Origin: Vibrio vulnificus CMCP6
Lineage (GTDB): Bacteria > Pseudomonadota > Gammaproteobacteria > Enterobacterales > Vibrionaceae
Direction of reading: 5' to 3'
Assembly: GCF_000039765.1 (NCBI RefSeq)
Contig: NC_004460.2
Location: forward strand, 960,001-992,000
Length of the DNA: 32,000 bases
Part shown: positions 27,876-32,000 of the stretch, piece by piece
Layout of the letters: every line of letters begins with the position of its first letter
Position numbering within the stretch: position 1 is the first letter of the stretch
Position numbers and translations under genes: made by a program
Notes under the pieces: model-generated
The model's input: the letters and a program-made list of their open reading frames with translations, nothing else
Told to the model about the DNA's origin: nothing
Databases searched by the model: none

Positions 27876-28658
27876 ATGGAAAAGTCGACACAGCCAGAAG
27901 CTGTTTCGTCAGTGATGAAGGTGTTCCACATCCTTCAAGCACTGGGTGAGCAGAAGGCTATTGGCGTATCAGAATTGTCGCAACGTCTTATGATGTCTAA
28001 GGCAACCACTTACCGTTTTTTACAAACCATGAAGTCACTTGGGTATGTTTCTCAAGAAGGCGAAGCGGATAAGTATTCACTCACTTTAAAAGTGTTTGAG
28101 CTGGGTGCTCGCTCACTGGAATACGTTGATCTGATCGAATTGGCCGACAAAGAAATGCGCCAAATCTCTCAACTGACCAATGAAGCGCTTCACTTAGGTG
28201 CACTCGATGAGAACGCGATCATCTACATCCATAAGATTGATTCCGGTTACAACCTGCGCATGCAATCGCGCATTGGCCGTCGTAACCCTCTTTACAGTAC
28301 TGCTATTGGCAAAGTGTTGCTTTCCGAACGTGAAGAGAGCTTTATCCGTGAATCTCTTGCCGATGTTGAATTCATCAAACATACAGAAAAAACACTAGAA
28401 AACACGGAACAAGTGCTTGAAGAACTGGCGAAAGTGCGTGAACAGCATTTTGCAGAAGATAACGAAGAGCAAGAACCGGGTTTACGTTGTATCGCGGCTC
28501 CGATTTATGATCGTTTTGGTCAAATCATTGCGGCGGTATCTATCTCGTTCCCAACCATTCGTTTTGATGAAGAGCGCAAAGATTACTATGTGGGTCTGCT
28601 TCATCAAGCGGGTAAGAACGTTTCTGAGCAGCTTGGCTACCACAGCTACCCTGCTTAA
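27876..28658 (+). CDS. kdgR: IclR-family transcriptional regulator KdgR
   Basis: Start at MEKSTQPEAVSSVMKVFHILQALGEQKAIGVSELSQRLMMSKATTYRFLQTMKSLGYVSQEGEADKYSLTLKVFELG; divergent from kduD. Confidence 0.9.
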   Translation: MEKSTQPEAVSSVMKVFHILQALGEQKAIGVSELSQRLMMSKATTYRFLQTMKSLGYVSQEGEADKYSLTLKVFELGARSLEYVDLIELADKEMRQISQLTNEALHLGALDENAIIYIHKIDSGYNLRMQSRIGRRNPLYSTAIGKVLLSEREESFIRESLADVEFIKHTEKTLENTEQVLEELAKVREQHFAEDNEEQEPGLRCIAAPIYDRFGQIIAAVSISFPTIRFDEERKDYYVGLLHQAGKNVSEQLGYHSYPA

Positions 28659-28667
28659 TGATTGACG

Positions 28668-28691
28668 AGCAGCCCTCGGGCTGCTTTTTTT
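28668..28691 (+). terminator. Rho-independent terminator for kdgR
   Basis: AGCAGCCC-TC-GGGCTGCT followed by TTTTTT. Confidence 0.9.
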
Positions 28692-28738
28692 GGCGCAATA
28701 TCAATTGATGAAACGCCGTTTTAATTTAGAGGTGAGCG

Positions 28739-30604
28739 ATGGGCACATCCGTTACTCCAAACATTGTTGATTTCCTAGTCCGCATTGATCCGTTTGATAA
28801 ATTGCCAAAGGCTTTGGTTGAATCCCTTGCCAATTCGGTACAGATCAAATATTTGGTGAAGGGAGAAACCATCAGTTTTAGCTCACTTTGCGAAACGCGT
28901 TATCTCTATGTCATTCGCACGGGCGCGATTGAACAGCGCACGCCAACGGGTGATCTTCGCGCTCGCCTCGGCCACGAGGACCAGTTTGGTTTTACCTTCC
29001 TCGCCCCTCTCGATAATGCCGAAAACGGCTATCAAGCCGAAGCCATTGAAGATGCGCTGCTCTATTTGATCCCGCATCACCAACTGAAGAAAGTGTGCGA
29101 CTCGCACCCTGAGTTTGCCGACTATTTCGCGGCGCAAGCTAACCTTCGCTTGAGTTCGGCGGTCAACTTCGTCTGCCAGAAAGAAGAAAAAGGGCTGTTT
29201 TTCCGCACGGTCGGTGAGATCGCCAGCGAAAACATCGCCATCGTGAAGGTGACGGATTCGATTCGGGATGTCGCCCTTGCCATGTGCGGTAAACAGCGCA
29301 GCTCTTGCGCAGTGGTGATGGATGGCAATGACATTGTCGGTTTGGTGACCGACCGCGATATGACGGCCTCCGTGGTGGCGAAAGAGAAAGACGTCAGTGA
29401 GCGCATTGAAAGCGTTATGACGCTGAATCCAGTATTGATCGAAAGCGATGCCAAAGTGATCCAAGCGATCTCCCTCATGCTGCAATACAACATTCGCTGC
29501 TTACCTGTCGTGAACCACGGCAAAGTGGCCGGCTTGCTGACAACCACACATTTGGTACACAACCACCGCACCCAATCGCTGTTCTTGATTGAGAAAATAA
29601 AATACGCCAGTTCGCTAAATGCGCTAGCGGCGTTAAAAGAAGAGCGTCAAACCATTTTCCAAGCATTGGTCGAAAGTGGCGTCAGCGCGGAAATCCAAGG
29701 CAAAGTGATGTCGATGATCATGGATGCCTTTACCCGTCGCATTATCCAACTCAATGAAGAAGTGTTGGGCGCGCCTCCATGCGATTACGCTTGGATGGTA
29801 GCAGGGTCGCACGCGCGCAATGAAGTGCACATGCTCTCGGATCAAGACAGTGCTATCGTCCTTTCCGACGACGCGACCGAAGAACACAAGCTCTACTTTA
29901 CCCATTTGGCCATGCGCGTGTGTAATGGGCTCGCTGCGTGCGGCTATCCGCTCTGCGATGGCAAATACATGGCGGCGTCTCCCAAATGGTGCCAGCCTGT
30001 CTCACGTTGGAAAGAGTATTACCAAAAGTGGGTGGCAAGCCCGGAATACAACAAACTGCTCTCCATCAGTGTGTTCTTAGAAGTTCGCTCAATTCACGGC
30101 AGCCGTGAATTGGTAGAGCAGATCCAACAGCATCTACACCATTGCATTCAGCAAAGTCCGAGTTTTATTCCTGCTTTGGTGCGCGATGCGATCGACACTC
30201 AACCGCCATTGGGCATTTTTAACCATTTGGTGCTGGAAAAAGGCGGCCAAAACAGCAACACGTTAAACATCAAAAAATACGCACTTAATCTCATCATCGA
30301 TCTGGCGCGTATTTTCAGCTTGGCCGCAGGAGGCTCCCTAACAGGCACCGAAGAGCGATTCCGTTTTGCGGTCGAACACGGCACCCTATCAAAAGGCAGT
30401 TGCGACAACATCATTGGCGCCTATCGTTTCATTACTCAGGTACGTTTTCGTCATCAGTTGAATGCCATTTTGGCAGGAAAAACACCCGACAATCATATCT
30501 CTCCGGATGAAATCAGCAGCTTTGAACGCAAACACCTCAAAGATGCCTTTAAGATCATCAGCGAGTTGCAAGATGTCGCCAAACTGAAGTTTGTTAAAGG
30601 CTAG
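28739..30604 (+). CDS. DUF294 putative nucleotidyltransferase with N-terminal cyclic-nucleotide-binding-like and CBS domains
   Basis: 621 aa; CBS pair (MCGKQRSSCAVVMDGNDIVGLVTDRDMTASVV...LQYNIRCLPVVNHGKVAGLLTTTHL); nucleotidyltransferase motif GSHARNEVHMLSDQDSAIV. Confidence 0.9.
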   Translation: MGTSVTPNIVDFLVRIDPFDKLPKALVESLANSVQIKYLVKGETISFSSLCETRYLYVIRTGAIEQRTPTGDLRARLGHEDQFGFTFLAPLDNAENGYQAEAIEDALLYLIPHHQLKKVCDSHPEFADYFAAQANLRLSSAVNFVCQKEEKGLFFRTVGEIASENIAIVKVTDSIRDVALAMCGKQRSSCAVVMDGNDIVGLVTDRDMTASVVAKEKDVSERIESVMTLNPVLIESDAKVIQAISLMLQYNIRCLPVVNHGKVAGLLTTTHLVHNHRTQSLFLIEKIKYASSLNALAALKEERQTIFQALVESGVSAEIQGKVMSMIMDAFTRRIIQLNEEVLGAPPCDYAWMVAGSHARNEVHMLSDQDSAIVLSDDATEEHKLYFTHLAMRVCNGLAACGYPLCDGKYMAASPKWCQPVSRWKEYYQKWVASPEYNKLLSISVFLEVRSIHGSRELVEQIQQHLHHCIQQSPSFIPALVRDAIDTQPPLGIFNHLVLEKGGQNSNTLNIKKYALNLIIDLARIFSLAAGGSLTGTEERFRFAVEHGTLSKGSCDNIIGAYRFITQVRFRHQLNAILAGKTPDNHISPDEISSFERKHLKDAFKIISELQDVAKLKFVKG

Positions 30605-31342
30605 ATGATGATAAAGAAATGGTTCAAGCGCTGGGACACCATGCCCAGCCAAGAACAGATACGCCAACAGATCGTCGTTGAATCGGCGTGGCCCGAAGCG
30701 CTGCAAAACTACCTGAATACGCCGCTCATTGCACAAGAGACGCCACTTCATCAAGTCTCGTTTCTTGCTTTGGATTTTGAAACCACTGGGCTTGACGCAA
30801 AACACGATAAAATACTGTCCATCGGTATGGTGGATTTGACGCTCGAAGGCATTAACCTCTCAAGCGCAGAAGAGATCCTGCTCAACCATGGCGCGTACAT
30901 TAAAGCCGAATCTGCGCGCATTAACGGCCTAACGCCACAGGCGCTAGAGCAAGGTTGCTCGCTAGAGCAAGGTTGCTCGCTAGAGCAAGGGATGATGCGT
31001 TTATTTGAACGTGCACAAGGCAAAGTTCTGCTCGCGCACAGCGCAATCATTGAACAAGGTTTTCTCCAAGCCTTTGCTCAACAACATTTTCAGCTTGCCA
31101 AATTGCCTTGCCACTTCGTGGATACACTGCAAATTGAAAAGCGCTTTAGCTACGCAGGGAAAAGCGGCCAACGCAGCAGTTTTCAACTTGATGATTTACG
31201 ACGTTGTTATCACTTACCCGATTACCATTCTCATTCTGCCGCCAGTGATGCCTTGGCCTGTGCGGAGTTGTTTATCGTGCAAAGCAAAAAACTCGATCTG
31301 AATAAACAACGGCAGTTAAACACGGTTTTGTGCTCCATATAA
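30605..31342 (+). CDS. DnaQ/DEDDh-family 3'-5' exonuclease (PolC epsilon-like)
   Basis: FLALDFETTGLDAKHDKILSIGMV (ExoI), HSAIIEQGFLQAF (ExoII), HSAASDALACAEL (ExoIII). Starts directly after the DUF294 stop. Confidence 0.88.
   Translation: MMIKKWFKRWDTMPSQEQIRQQIVVESAWPEALQNYLNTPLIAQETPLHQVSFLALDFETTGLDAKHDKILSIGMVDLTLEGINLSSAEEILLNHGAYIKAESARINGLTPQALEQGCSLEQGCSLEQGMMRLFERAQGKVLLAHSAIIEQGFLQAFAQQHFQLAKLPCHFVDTLQIEKRFSYAGKSGQRSSFQLDDLRRCYHLPDYHSHSAASDALACAELFIVQSKKLDLNKQRQLNTVLCSI
30943..30990 (+). repeat. 18-bp in-frame tandem repeat, 2.7 copies, inside the exonuclease gene
   Basis: GCTAGAGCAAGGTTGCTC x2 plus GCTAGAGCAAGG, encoding (LEQGCS)2-LEQG. Confidence 0.95.
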
Positions 31343-31980
31343 CGTCAAAGCCAATCACGCTGTTTATCCATGCTCGTGGGTATTAAGCACCATCTCTTGC
31401 TCTTAGAAAAAAGTCGACGGCAGCGCAAATCTGCCATTGCCTTACAGCGACCTACAACAACCAATCACTTTGGAAAGGACACACTGCAAACGTTAATTAT
31501 TCCAAGAGGTTATACCTAATGGGGGGATTAACGTTTCTAAAGGCATGATTTTTGTTTTGCCTCAAACTTAAATAACCATACAAAATGTAAGAATATATTT
31601 ATTTCCCACTTTCAGATTTAAATACCATATATGAATTACTTAATAGAGATATATTCTTATTTAACAATAATGTCGCACTGTCTATGAAAAATCACGCCAA
31701 TCACATAAAAGTTAAATTAAAACAACACTTTATAATTGCGTAAAATTTCAGAAATATATGAAACATAGATAATAAAAACAATTTAAATATCATGCATTTG
31801 AAATGTAAAGACACTCTCATAAAATAGGTTTCATACTCTGTTTTATTGAAAATGTGCACTGGCTCGACTTAATTAACTTCAATACATGAATGCGAAATAA
31901 ATAATGATTCATGTCAAAAATGATTTTGCCATCGGCCTCTAATAATAAATCAGTCAAAAAGGATTTATTATGGAGAAACC

Positions 31981-32000
31981 ATGAGCCAACACGAATCATC
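31981..32000 (+). CDS. Start of a downstream gene cut by the window edge (MSQHES...)
   Basis: ATG after TATGGAGAAACC (Shine-Dalgarno GGAG); only ~6 codons visible. Confidence 0.5.

Noticed and set aside
1-32000. CRISPR arrays, rRNA or tRNA genes.
   Set aside because: No regularly spaced direct repeats and no tRNA- or rRNA-like sequence was recognised on either strand.

Overview
The window looks like gamma-proteobacterial DNA, Vibrio-like by gene content. Most of it is ordinary chromosomal coding sequence: a HlyD-type protein (partial), an alkyl sulfatase, a LysR regulator, a PepSY/cytochrome b561/EptA gene set, a HIT protein, acr3-arsR, an M20 peptidase with two nucleoside-recognition (YjiG/YjiH-like) membrane proteins, a DUF302 protein, a MalS-like alpha-amylase, eda-kdgK, an EamA transporter, an unsaturated-uronate catabolism block (kduD / ygjV-like / kdgF / RpiB-like isomerase, with kdgR divergent), a DUF294/CBS protein and a DnaQ-like exonuclease. 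The most interesting part is an AT-rich accessory segment (~19.3-25.1 kb) placed between the kdgK/EamA genes and the kduD operon. It contains (i) a confident prokaryotic viperin (pVip) radical-SAM gene, (ii) a downstream thymidylate/UMP-CMP-kinase-like gene in the same orientation, (iii) a divergently transcribed ~894-aa protein with C-terminal ankyrin repeats and a large unassigned N-terminal region, (iv) a 9-nt poly-G tract in the divergent intergenic region, and (v) an orphan ORF after a ~400-nt non-coding gap. pVip plus a nucleotide kinase is established anti-phage biology. The ankyrin partner, its possible regulation through the poly-G tract, and the orphan ORF are the candidate new elements.
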